DNA of 64,000 nt, taken from the sequence record NZ_CP015380.1, one strand, 5' to 3'. Positions 9,423-19,497 of this stretch are shown here, one piece after another. How positions within the stretch are numbered: position 1 is the first letter of the stretch; each line of letters starts with the position of its first letter. The stretch comes from a plasmid. The notes below the pieces were generated by a model. The model saw nothing but the letters and a program-made list of their open reading frames with translations, made no database searches and had not been told where the DNA came from. The translations under genes and the position numbers were made by a program.

Positions 9423-12012
9423 ATGATGAGTTTTAGCCAGGTGAAGTCGGCAGGCGGAGCAGCAGGCTACTACACCGACAAAGACAATTATTACGTCTTG
9501 GGCAGTATGGATGACCGTTGGCATGGCGAGGGCGCCAAGCTGTTGGGTTTAGAGGGCTGCATCGATAAAGACACCTTCACCCGTGCGCTTAAGGGATTAC
9601 TGCCTGACGGTTCCGATTTGTCCCGTCTGCAGGGTGGCAGTAATAAGCACCGTCTGGGCTATGACCTGACTTTCTCTGCACCCAAGAGTGTTTCGGTGAT
9701 GGCGATGCTGGGCGGTGATAAACGCCTGATTGAAGCCCATAACGTTGCGTAATGAGGCAGGGGAAAGCCAACAGATAAAACTGTCGGCGTTAAATAGCCA
9801 GTGGTCGTTGTATCGCTCAGAGCAGCTGCCGGTTGCCGTGGGGGAAAAACTGAACGTGCTGGGGAAAATGCCAGAGCACAAACTGCGCGCCGGTGATGAT
9901 CTCAACGTGGTCAGTCATGCCGAGGGCAAGATAGCCGTGGTACGTAATGGGAAAGGAGTCGCTCAGCCGCTACCCGTGGGCAATTCACCGTTCTCTGCGA
10001 TAAAGGTGGGGCATGCGTGGGTGGAGGGATTAGGGCGCTCGGTCAGTGATGACGCTACGGTCTTTGTGGCCGCAAGCAACCGCGACCTCGACAAGATGAC
10101 CTTGAACCAACTGTCGCGCAGCGGCGCACAGATACAGATGTATTCGGCGCAAAGCCCCGAAAAAACGGCTGAAAAACTCACACGTCATCCGGCGTTTAAG
10201 GTTGTGACGCAGCAGATAAAAGCCGTGGCGGGCGAGTCGGTTCTCGATGAGGCGCTACAGCACCAGAAAACAGCGCTCAATACGCCGGTACAGCAGGCGA
10301 TGCATTTGGCTATCCCCACGCTTGAAAACCAAAAACTGGCGTTTTCGCACGTCTCTCTTCTGGCGGCGGCGCAGGAGTTCGGTAACGGTAAGCTCTCGCT
10401 GCCGGCGATTGAGCAAGAGGTTCAGCAGCAGGTCAAAGAGGGGGCATTAATCGCGGTCGATGTCGCTCAAGGGCACGGCAATGATTTGCTGGTCTCTCGG
10501 GTGTCCTTTGAGGCAGAAAAAAGCATTATTCGCCATATCGCCAAGGGGAAAGAGGCGGTCGCACCTCTGATGAATGACGTCCCCGAGAGCCTCTTAGCAG
10601 GGTTGACGACGGGTCAACAGGCGGCGACGCGCATGATACTCGAAACGCCCGACCGTTTTGTGACGGTACAAGGTTATGCCGGCGTGGGCAAAACTACCCA
10701 GTTCCGTGCGGTGATGCAGGCCATTAATACCTTGCCTGAAGAATATCGTCCTCGCGTCATCGGGCTAGGTCCTACTCATCGCGCGGTGGGAGAGATGCGT
10801 GGTGCGGGGCTTGATGCCCAAACGCTGGCCTCTTTTCTCTATGACACCGCACAGCAGCAGCGGCAGGGGGAAACACCGGATTATCGTAATACGGTTTTTG
10901 TGGTGGATGAAAGCTCGATGCTGGGCAATACCGACATGGCCAAAACTTATGCGCTGATTGCGGCAGGCGGTGGACGGGCGGTCTTTAGCGGAGACAGTGA
11001 CCAGCTGCAGCCGATTGCACCGGGCCAACCGTTTAAGCTGCAGCAAAGGCGCAGTGCTGCCGATGTGGCCATTATGCAGGAAATCGTGCGCCAGACCCCC
11101 GCGCTCCGGCCTGCGGTGTATCGCATGATTGAGCGTGATATCAGCGGCGCGTTGGCCACGGTGGAGAGTGTCGCACCGGTACAGGTGCCGCGCCAACCCG
11201 GCGCGTGGGTCCCTGACAGTTCGGTAATGGAGTTTACCCGCGAGCAAGAAAATGCGATACGAGAAGCCATCCAAGAAGCGGGTAAAGGTGTGAATATTGA
11301 TGAGAGTAAGCCTACGACTCTTTACGAGAGCATCGTCGCAGATTATATGGGGCGCACGCCTGACGCCCGCGCGCAAACGCTGATTGTGACGCACTTGAAC
11401 GACGACCGTCGCGTAGTGAATGCGATGATACATAACGCCCGTGAGAATGCCGGCGAACTTGGCGGTAAGACCTCTATTCCGATTTTAGTCACGGCGAACG
11501 TACGCGACGGTGAACTCAGGCGACTGAGTACGTGGGAAGAACACCGTTGTGACCGCGTGCTCATGGACAATATCTACCATCAGATAGCCGATATTGATAA
11601 GCAGGCTGAGCTAATCACGCTGCGCGATAACGCCGGCAATACGCGGCTACTCTCCCCCCGCGAAGCCGCCAGTGAAGGGGTAACGCTGTATAAGCAAGAC
11701 GTGATAACGGTCGGTGTGGGCGACAAAATGCGCTTTTCAAAAAGTGACAATGAGCGGGGCTATATTGCCAACAGCGTGTGGACGGTCTCGGATATAGCGG
11801 GTGACAGTGTCACGCTAACAGACGGTCAACAGCAGCGCACGGTGAAACCCTATCGTGATGAAGCGCAGAGCCATATTGATTTAGCCTATGCGGTCACCGC
11901 ACACGGTGCGCAGGGGGCCAGTGAGTCCTTTGCCATTGCACTCGAAGGGACCGACGGTGGCCGCAAGCAGATGGTGAGTTTTGAGTCAGTGTACGTTGAC
12001 GGAGACAACTAA
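9423..12012 (+). pseudogene. traI: TraI relaxase-helicase remnant (frameshifted and C-terminally truncated)
   Basis: ORF 9423..9752 (MMSFSQVKSAGGAAGYYTDKDNYYVLGSMDDRWHGEGAK...SAPKSVSVMAMLGGDKRLIEAHN) matches the F TraI relaxase N-terminus. It shifts frame into the 760-aa ORF 9730..12012, which has a helicase Walker A (GYAGVGKTT). That ORF stops at ...VYVDGDN, roughly 1000 aa short of full-length TraI. Confidence 0.8.
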
Positions 12013-12289
12013 AGACCAATAATGCCTTCGCTTACAACGGACAAGCCGTGCCGCTCAGAAGTTTAAGTTCCTCCCATCGCTATGCGACGGGCCCCATACA
12101 AATCACTTTAGTTACAACACTCTCAACATCCACACAGCAATCCGTGCACATCGGCAGCCACAGAGCGAAACCTATCCCACTGCAAAGCGGCTCGCCACCG
12201 GCCCAAAGGGCCGGAAATGAGTCGCTTTATAAGTGGATGTTGTAACTAGAGAATTTGTGTTGCTGTAAGTCATGTGGCGGATTGTTTCA

Positions 12290-13760
12290 GGTACATGCTC
12301 GTAAGCGGCTCTACGACCCGCTAACGCGGAGATACACCCCAACTGCGGCAAAGCCTTGTAGTGGTCACTCCGACCGCATAATGGAACTTCTACGCCGCTT
12401 TTAGTGGGTTTAACTTTGCAGCTATCGTGTTCTGTCAAAAAAAGTCGCTTCTAATTTAGACATACAGCCCCCTAAGCGCTGCCAGCAAGCTGCCAGCACT
12501 AAGTCCCCGATACATCGCGGCTACGCCGCGCTAACGGGGTTAAAAGGACTTAAATCAGCATTTTTATCGCTGTAAGTCTGCATGGCTCTTCAGGGCGGGA
12601 GGGGTATAAGGATCTTTTATGATCCTACTCCGGCTTACGCCGGGCTTCGGCGGTTTGACTACAGATTCATATAAAACAACATCATGCCGCCTTACATGCG
12701 CTACGCGCATCTAAAGACAGATATTCAGCATCAAACGGCTTCTGTGTTTTCAAGACCCCATAGCACCAGTGAACAAGCTTGCGCATCAGTGCACCAATAG
12801 CACACATTTTGACCTTGCCACGCTGGCATAAACGCTTATACATCGCCTTCATCATTGGGTTAAATCTCAGACCGCACAACGATGCTAGATACAGTTTTGC
12901 CCTGACTTTCGGTGGCCCAATTTTTGACAATCTCGGTTTCCCTCTGACCGATGTGCCGGAGTTTTTTTCGACAGGAACGACGCCCAGAAAGGCAGCTACC
13001 TGCTCTGCTGTGTCGAAATGATGACTCCGCAGGATAACCAGCATATTCAGTCCTAACTGAAAACCCACGGATTTTATCGATGTCAGCAGGTCAAAATCCT
13101 TCTTTAATTCAGGATGCTGGTCGAAATGGGTCAGGATAAGAGCGTCCAGATGCTCCAGCTCTGCACTCAGATTACGAAGCACATTTTCGATCGATTCAGC
13201 AACAATAGGAGGGATGTCCGTTGCCCTGCATTTTTCCAGTCTGTTTTTTGCGCGGGTACAGTCTGTGACGAATGCATCGCGGCAACGCAGAAGTGCGTTG
13301 AGATAGCGGACATTTTCCGGTTGGTGGTTCCCATGGCTCCGGCTCCTTAAGTGCCCCATAACAGGCCAGCATATAAGCGTCCACTTTGTCATTTTTTGTC
13401 AGAATATCCATGCCGCGGGCAAATTCTCTGCTGCGGTGTGAGTTGCAAGCGATACCTTTGCTCCGGCATTGTGCAGACCGTAAGCCAGCGATTCGTGATA
13501 AACCCCGGTGGCTTCCATGATGATATGAACATCTTCTGGGATGCTGTGCTGCTTATGGAGCCAGTTGATTACAACACTGGCCGCATTGAAATCATTTTTA
13601 AGCTTGCGGGATTTTACCTTGCCTTTAACGCCTTCACGCAGCAGGCACAAATCCAAAGTTTTCTTACTGACATCAATACCTAACTGAAACATAGGTGTAT
13701 TCTCCTCACTGAACCATCACGCCTATTATCCTTGTACATGCAGAGTCATCGCTCTTGGCA
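12290..13760 (-). mobile_element. IS110-family insertion sequence (IS1111-like layout), transposase inactivated
   Basis: The transposase runs in three minus-strand frames. ORF 13399..13692 is the N-terminal DEDD domain (MFQLGIDVSKKTLD...IIMEATGVYH). ORF 13196..13411 carries KNDKVDAYMLACYG. ORF 12682..13392 is the C-terminal part with AKNRLEK. A ~400-bp structured non-coding region lies 3' of the transposase (12290..12680). The boundaries given are approximate. Confidence 0.6.
12682..13692 (-). pseudogene. IS110-family transposase with two frameshifts
   Basis: See the mobile element at 12290..13760. Three overlapping ORFs cover one transposase. Confidence 0.7.
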
Positions 13761-14083
13761 ACAGTTCAATGTTAATGCTGGCGTGAAAGGTGAAGCGGAG
13801 GGCTTTTACTGCAAATCAAGGTTCGTGCCATTTAGGGGGGGACAAGCTCACTCTGCCTCATATGATGGTAGCTAACCACCATATGTTTATTACATACAAG
13901 GGGTGGGAAGGGGATTGAGGATACCTATCAACGCAGGGCGGCTACGCCGCGTTTCCGGCGCCATTTAACGTCCAACAACGTCTGGCGCCTCCATGCCGCA
14001 AAGCGGCATCAGTCAGATGGAATATTCCACCGAATGTGCTACTATCCGTGTAAGTTACACATCTTATCTGGAGTATTTCTATC

Positions 14084-14317
14084 ATGAGCATTAAACGTAA
14101 TAAACAGAGTGTCACCGTGACTCTGGAACGTAGCCTGCTGTCACGGGCTCGTGAAGCCGGCGTTAATATGAGCGCTACGTTAGCTGCTGCACTTGATACA
14201 GAACTAAAAAAAAATGCAGCGATGCGCTGGCTCGAAGATAACGCAGAATCTGTTGCTGTACTAAATCGTATTGGGGAAGAAACGGGATGTTTTTCTGACG
14301 AGTACCGGAGTTTTTAA
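14084..14317 (+). CDS. ccdA: CcdA antitoxin
   Basis: The 77-aa protein has the pattern RITVTLERSLL...NMSATLAAALDTEL...RWLEDNAESVAVLNRIGEETGCFSDEYRSF, parallel to F CcdA. It lies immediately upstream of ccdB. Confidence 0.8.
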   Translation: MSIKRNKQSVTVTLERSLLSRAREAGVNMSATLAAALDTELKKNAAMRWLEDNAESVAVLNRIGEETGCFSDEYRSF

Positions 14318-14319
14318 CA

Positions 14320-14634
14320 ATGCAATTTACTGTATACCGAGGTATCGGTAAAAACGCGGCTTTCCCATTGTTAATCGATATTACCAGTGACATCATTGGT
14401 GATATTAATCGCCGTCTGGTTATTCCTTTAATGCCTGTGGAACGTTTTGGGCATCATCGGCCACCGGAAAGACTTAACCCAGTACTGGATATGACTGACG
14501 GTAAAAAATACGTATTGATGACTCATGAAGCCGCGACTATTCCGGTAAAAGCGCTTGGTGTAAAATTTTGTGATGCAACAGCATATAGGGTAGTCATCAA
14601 AGGTGCTGTTGACTTCATGTTGGATGGAATCTGA
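14320..14634 (+). CDS. ccdB: CcdB toxin (gyrase poison)
   Basis: The protein MQFTVYRGIGKNAAFPLLIDITSDIIGDINRRLVIPLMP...DFMLDGI aligns with F CcdB ([38 protein letters not shown]...LMFWGI). Confidence 0.85.
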   Translation: MQFTVYRGIGKNAAFPLLIDITSDIIGDINRRLVIPLMPVERFGHHRPPERLNPVLDMTDGKKYVLMTHEAATIPVKALGVKFCDATAYRVVIKGAVDFMLDGI

Positions 14635-14847
14635 AGCTCTGCCGTCAAACGATATGCGTTCGCTTGATGGTTAGGAAATTGGATCCGTTTTTTCCTTTAG
14701 ATCAGAGGTAAAAGAAGGTGATAGGGCCATGAGTTTCATCCGCTCAGGTAGAACCTCCCTAAGCTGCTAATAACCATCGCTTCTTTTCTAGCTGCTGATG
14801 GCGTTCGGCCAGCAAGGGGGCCATTTGGAAAACGGAGCCCATTACTA

Positions 14848-14885
14848 GGGGACTGAAGCCCAACCGTACGAAAACGTACGCTAAG
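14848..14885 (+). repeat. Tn3-family 38-bp terminal inverted repeat (left)
   Basis: Read directly from the sequence. Paired with 19460..19497. Confidence 0.8.
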
Positions 14886-15158
14886 TACGTTTATTGAGCT
14901 AAAACTATCGAGATCCTGTAGCCCCATTTTTTCGCTTTTACTACTGCCGGTTCTGCTTTTCCGGCCTGCAATACCACCAGTTGTTCGTTATGCGCTTTCA
15001 ACGCCATTAATTCACCAGTCATCGTCGCTTTAGATTCCCTTGCCTCAACAGCCTCTTTCAAGGCTTTATCCAGTGCTGTTTTCCTGGCCTTTGCGGGTGG
15101 ACTTAACCTGAAAAAAGTCGTTAAAAATAGTTACCCTTCATTCTTTGATAAAATCTCA

Positions 15159-15953
15159 ATGCTGTCTCTGTATTTGCTTCTGGTGTTTATGGGGGCCACG
15201 GTTGGTGGGATCCCTGATATTAAGGGGCAACTCTCCGTCGCGGGCTTTAATGATCTGATCATTGCGTCAGATACATCGGTGATAACCTTTATTACCCTGG
15301 TCGCTGTAGGCAAGCTGAGTGGAGAAAAACGGCCTCCCCGTAATGCTTCACACCTGCAGAACAGTCTTTCAAATCTGCTGTCAATTTTTCTTCCCACGCT
15401 CTCTCAGTTCATCACGGTGGCGGCCGGCTTTATACTGGGGTTAAAAGGGTTAATGCCCGACCTGTACGCAGACCACATTATCTCTTTGCTTCTGTATCTG
15501 TTGATATTTTCCGTCGCGGTAAAATTATCGTATTCGAATATTAGTATAAAACGCGTGCTGTTAAATAAAACCAACCTGTGGCTAACGTTGGTCACGATAT
15601 TGTCATCATTTATGGGAGCCGCGCTGGCATCATTGTTTATCAACGTACCGCTCCATGAAGTTCTGGCGATCGGATCCGGTTTTGTATGGTATACCCTTTC
15701 TGGAACGCTGTTCACAAAAATGGGCAATCCTCTGTTAGGAACCGTGGCTTTCTTAAGCGAACTGTTTCGCGGGATATCTGCGCTGATGCTCATTCCGCTG
15801 ATTTCGCGGTTCGGTTACAGCACCGCTACCATCGCTATATCCGGTTCAACGGCTCTTGATGTGACGCTGCCGGTTGCGCGACTTATATCCCTTTCTTCTA
15901 TTACCTTTAAAGAGGCCTTTTGGCAGCGGAGAAAGGACAGTAGAAAAACTTAA
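15159..15953 (+). CDS. DUF340/LysO(YbjE)-like inner membrane protein
   Basis: A 264-aa polytopic membrane protein with two homologous halves. The assignment to the LysO family is by overall resemblance only. Confidence 0.4.
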   Translation: MLSLYLLLVFMGATVGGIPDIKGQLSVAGFNDLIIASDTSVITFITLVAVGKLSGEKRPPRNASHLQNSLSNLLSIFLPTLSQFITVAAGFILGLKGLMPDLYADHIISLLLYLLIFSVAVKLSYSNISIKRVLLNKTNLWLTLVTILSSFMGAALASLFINVPLHEVLAIGSGFVWYTLSGTLFTKMGNPLLGTVAFLSELFRGISALMLIPLISRFGYSTATIAISGSTALDVTLPVARLISLSSITFKEAFWQRRKDSRKT

Positions 15954-16110
15954 CCACGGCGATTGACCTGATTTCATCGACTAATGACCTGTGAGCATGT
16001 CACGGCCCATCCCTTCCTCCTCTTATAGTAAAGCTACTCGCAGCCACCCAGCCTGATTATGCTAAACGCAGTAGCTGGGCTTCAAATCTAATGAATCACT
16101 GGAGCAAATA

Positions 16111-16890
16111 ATGAAATTAACGCAAATCCGCAATGCCACTCTCTTGCTGCAATATGCCGGTAAAAAATTCCTTATCGACCCAATGCTCGCAGAAAAGGAA
16201 GCCTGGGATGGTTTTGCCGGAAGTGCCCGCCCGCACCTGCGTAATCCCATGGTTGCCTTGCCTGTGCCTGTAGAAGATTTACTGGCTGTTGATGCCGTTA
16301 TCCTGACCCACACTCATACCGATCATTGGGACGAAGCAGCACAGCAGTCTGTTCCTAAAGACATGCTTATTTATACGCAGGATGAAAAAGATGCGGCGCT
16401 GATCCGTTCTCAGGGCTTTCTTAACGTCCGCGTTCTGAAAGATGAAAATCATTTTGTTGACGGACTGACGATTTATAAAACTGACGGCCAGCACGGCAGT
16501 AACGAACTATACGCCGATACCCAATTGGGTGATTTACTGGGTGACGCATGCGGTCTGGTCTTCACGCATCATGATGAAAAAACGCTTTATATCGCCGGTG
16601 ATACCGTCTGGGTCAAGCCTTATATAAAAAGCCTTCAGCGCTTCAAGCCGGAGATTGTGGTACTCAATACCGGCTATGCGGTCAACGACCTGTACGGTCC
16701 GATCATCATGGGAAAAGAAGATACCTTACGCACACTTAAGATGTTGCCGACTGCGACCATCGTGGCGTCTCACATGGAATCAATCAATCATTGCCTCCTT
16801 ACCCGCGCAGAATTACGCGAGTTCTCACTTGAACATGGCATTGAAGATAAAGTCCTTATTCCTGCAGACGGTGAAACAATGTCTTTCTGA
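16111..16890 (+). CDS. MBL-fold metallo-hydrolase
   Basis: HxHxDH motif in ILTHTHTDHWD, with a later conserved His/Asp (FTHHDE...GD). Confidence 0.7.
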   Translation: MKLTQIRNATLLLQYAGKKFLIDPMLAEKEAWDGFAGSARPHLRNPMVALPVPVEDLLAVDAVILTHTHTDHWDEAAQQSVPKDMLIYTQDEKDAALIRSQGFLNVRVLKDENHFVDGLTIYKTDGQHGSNELYADTQLGDLLGDACGLVFTHHDEKTLYIAGDTVWVKPYIKSLQRFKPEIVVLNTGYAVNDLYGPIIMGKEDTLRTLKMLPTATIVASHMESINHCLLTRAELREFSLEHGIEDKVLIPADGETMSF

Positions 16891-16919
16891 TAAGCCAATA
16901 AGATTTATTTGGGCGAAAA

Positions 16920-17993
16920 ATGTATTCCGACAGGTCACCTGTTATCCTCTGGTCAATCGGAATCAGCAATACTGCCGCCGGTGATCTGGTGGCTCTCCTT
17001 TACGGCAAGGTTAACGTTATGTCTGTATTGACGGTCGCCGTGATTGCCACGGCCGGATTCAGCCCTTTTCACTTTTCAGTCCCCTGTATTATTTTCGGAC
17101 AGTCTATGCCGCAGTCGGATTTATTCCGCGTGGAAATTTGTGCTGAAAAACCGGGCGTCGTCCTGTCAGATATTGGCCTGTCAATCAATGTGAAACATGG
17201 CCTCGAGCTACTTGACGTCGCAGACATTGTTATCGTGCCCTACTGGAATCATCCGGAAGAGCGACCTTCTCAGGCGCTACTTGACAAGCTGATAAGCGCA
17301 TGGCAGCGCGGCGCAGAAGTGGTTGGGCTTTGTCTCGGTGCATACGTGCTGGCCTATTCTGGGTTACTGGATCAGCGCCGGGCGGTAACACACTGGGAGT
17401 TCGAACAGGACTTCGTTGAACGATTTCCAGCCGTTTGTCTGGACAGCAACTCGCTGTATACCAGCGATGAACGCCTTATTACCTCTGCCGGCACCGCCGC
17501 CGGTATTGACTGCTGTCTTAATATTATCCGGGATCATTACGGTTCAGCGGTTGCTAACCGTGTAGCAAGAAGAATGGTGGTTCCTCCTTATCGGGAAGGC
17601 GGCCAGGCACAGTTTATTGAACGCCCGGTCCCTGTATCTACGCGGGACGGAAAAATGAACGAGCTGATGGACTACCTGCGTCGCAATCTGGACAAGCCGC
17701 ACGACCTCGACTCGCTGGCGGGATTTGCCAGCATGAGCAGGCGGACACTTACCCGTCATTTTTTTAAGGCAACCGGGACAACGCTGGGTGGCTGGCTAAA
17801 CGCTGAGCGTCTTCAGAGAAGCCAGGAGCTGCTGGAAACTACGGACAGCAGTATTGAAAACGTGTCTGATATTGCCGGGTTTCAGTCGCCAATCTCTTTC
17901 CGCCAGAGTTTTAAGGCGAAATTCAGCGTCAGCCCAAGCGAATGGCGCCGGGCATTTCGCGGTCCTGTACCAGTTGATCACGGAAAGGCCTGA
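16920..17993 (+). CDS. GlxA-family AraC-type transcriptional regulator (DJ-1/PfpI-like domain + AraC HTH)
   Basis: The N-terminal class-I glutamine amidotransferase-like fold has the nucleophile elbow in GLCLGAYVLA. The C-terminus has the AraC HTH pair (RRTLTRHFFKATGTT...IENVSDIAGFQSPISFRQSFKAKF). The start codon is uncertain; it may be the internal M at ~17022. Confidence 0.7.
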   Translation: MYSDRSPVILWSIGISNTAAGDLVALLYGKVNVMSVLTVAVIATAGFSPFHFSVPCIIFGQSMPQSDLFRVEICAEKPGVVLSDIGLSINVKHGLELLDVADIVIVPYWNHPEERPSQALLDKLISAWQRGAEVVGLCLGAYVLAYSGLLDQRRAVTHWEFEQDFVERFPAVCLDSNSLYTSDERLITSAGTAAGIDCCLNIIRDHYGSAVANRVARRMVVPPYREGGQAQFIERPVPVSTRDGKMNELMDYLRRNLDKPHDLDSLAGFASMSRRTLTRHFFKATGTTLGGWLNAERLQRSQELLETTDSSIENVSDIAGFQSPISFRQSFKAKFSVSPSEWRRAFRGPVPVDHGKA

Positions 17994-18121
17994 GCGGAAG
18001 CTAAGAAATCATAATAATTTTAGAAAACTGGCAGCCTGATACCGGAATAAAAATTTGTTCCTGAAATGAGTGAACTGGCTCATTCTTTAAGGGGGCCGCT
18101 TGGAAAACGAATCTATGGCCA

Positions 18122-19330
18122 CTCCCGTTTTTGCAACACCGATTTTGACAATAAGTTGGCTTGCTTGAATCTATCCGGCGTCTGAATGGGATTTTATTTC
18201 CGCGCCTGATGAACCTCAGAAAATATACGGCTTCAATGAGCCTTTCCGTTTTACAGCTTCCTCAACAGGCCGATAGGCCGTTAGTATCATCAATATTAGT
18301 ATTCGCAAAACCAGATCAGTGATTCTTTAAACCGGTGTATTTCTGCCGTTATGCTACATAAGTTTGCTATCGTGCAGTTAAGGCCTAGGCTATTCTGGCT
18401 AGCTTGTTTGCTAGAGCACAAGTGACGACAAAGTTCCTTTTCCGGCACAGTAAATCCCTGACCCAATCGGCCAATTTTCCAGACTGGTGTTCCAGTTTTT
18501 GTATGAATACCCTGGCACATTGAACCAACAAAGTTCGGATCTTTTTGTTACCTCGCTTACTAATTCCCAGCAATGTCGTCCGACCTCCCGTCGCCAATCT
18601 CAGTTGAAATAGTATTCGCTGTCAGTGTTCCGACGCCGGGAATGCTCAGCAAGCGCTGTCCAATCTCATCTTCGTCCAACTTTCGTTTCAACTGGGATTC
18701 AAAATCTTTAATCTGCTCAATAAGATAGTGATAATGCTGTTATAATTTCAGCAATAACTGGCTGAGGTAAAAAGGCAAACTATTGTCCTCAGTTGGCTAA
18801 TAACGGCAGTTCCTCGGGGGAACGCTAATGCCAAATTCCAGCAGAAAAGCATGCATTTGATTACCTTATCCTGAACCAGGGATTAACGGATAGGGTGCAG
18901 AGCCCGCATTGCCTGCTGAGATTCCGTTCTAGGTTGCACAAAACGCATAGATGGACGCGATGCAGCTTCACAAATAGCTTCGGCGTCGAAAAAGTCGTTT
19001 TTGTTACTTTTAACGAATGGACGGACAAATTGTGGTGATATCAGCTTTGGAAAATGCCCCAATTCTTCCAACTTGCGAGCCATAAAGTGAGAGCCTCCGC
19101 AGGCTTCCATTGCGATGGTTGTAGCAGGGCATGTCGCCAAAAATTCGATTAACCTTGGCCGGGTAAATTTTTTACGGTAAACAGCCTTGCCGCGACGATC
19201 CTAGCAATGAATATGGAAAGAGTTTTTACCCAGATCAATACCAATGAGCGCAATGTTTTCCATGATAGTTCTCCGAATGAAAGCCTGTCCTCAGCACAGT
19301 AGCGGGAAGGAGGGAGTGGCCATCTCATTA
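18122..19330 (-). mobile_element. degenerate IS110-family element, copy 1
   Basis: Minus-strand fragments include MENIALIGIDLGKNSFHIHC-stop (19263..19204) and ...IAMEACGGSHFMARKLEELGH (18883..19140). The C-terminal fragment is ...GISKRGNKKIRTLLVQCARV...ALANKLARIA (18385..18597). Its ends match the copy-2 remnant at 40988..41328. Confidence 0.55.
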
Positions 19331-19459
19331 AATATCCTACTCTAAGGCGATTTCTTAAGCAGACATGACAGGCAGCTCTGAGCGAGGAGCGGACGCTGCC
19401 CGACAGACCTGATGTGCAACTGAGCCGGTTAGAAAGCACCAGTTTGGTTAAAACACATA

Positions 19460-19497
19460 CTTAGCGTACGTTTCCGTACGGTTGGGCTTCAGACCCC
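19460..19497 (-). repeat. Tn3-family 38-bp terminal inverted repeat (right)
   Basis: Read directly from the sequence. TSD TACTA follows at 19498..19502. Confidence 0.8.

Larger units (their letters stand above)
14848..19497. mobile_element. non-autonomous Tn3-family element (no tnpA or res) bounded by 38-bp IRs with a 5-bp TSD
   Basis: Left IR 14848..14885 is ggggactgaagcccaaccgtacgaaaacgtacgctaag. The right IR is the reverse complement of 19460..19497, ggggtctgaagcccaaccgtacggaaacgtacgctaag, giving 36/38 identity with GGGG...ACGCTAAG termini like Tn21/Tn1721. Direct repeats TACTA sit at 14843..14847 and 19498..19502. Confidence 0.75.

Noticed and set aside
10765-11570. Minus-strand ORFs of 222, 107 and 75 aa inside traI
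   Set aside because: They are antisense to the conserved TraI helicase region. The Arg/Cys-rich composition is typical of GC-rich antisense frames.
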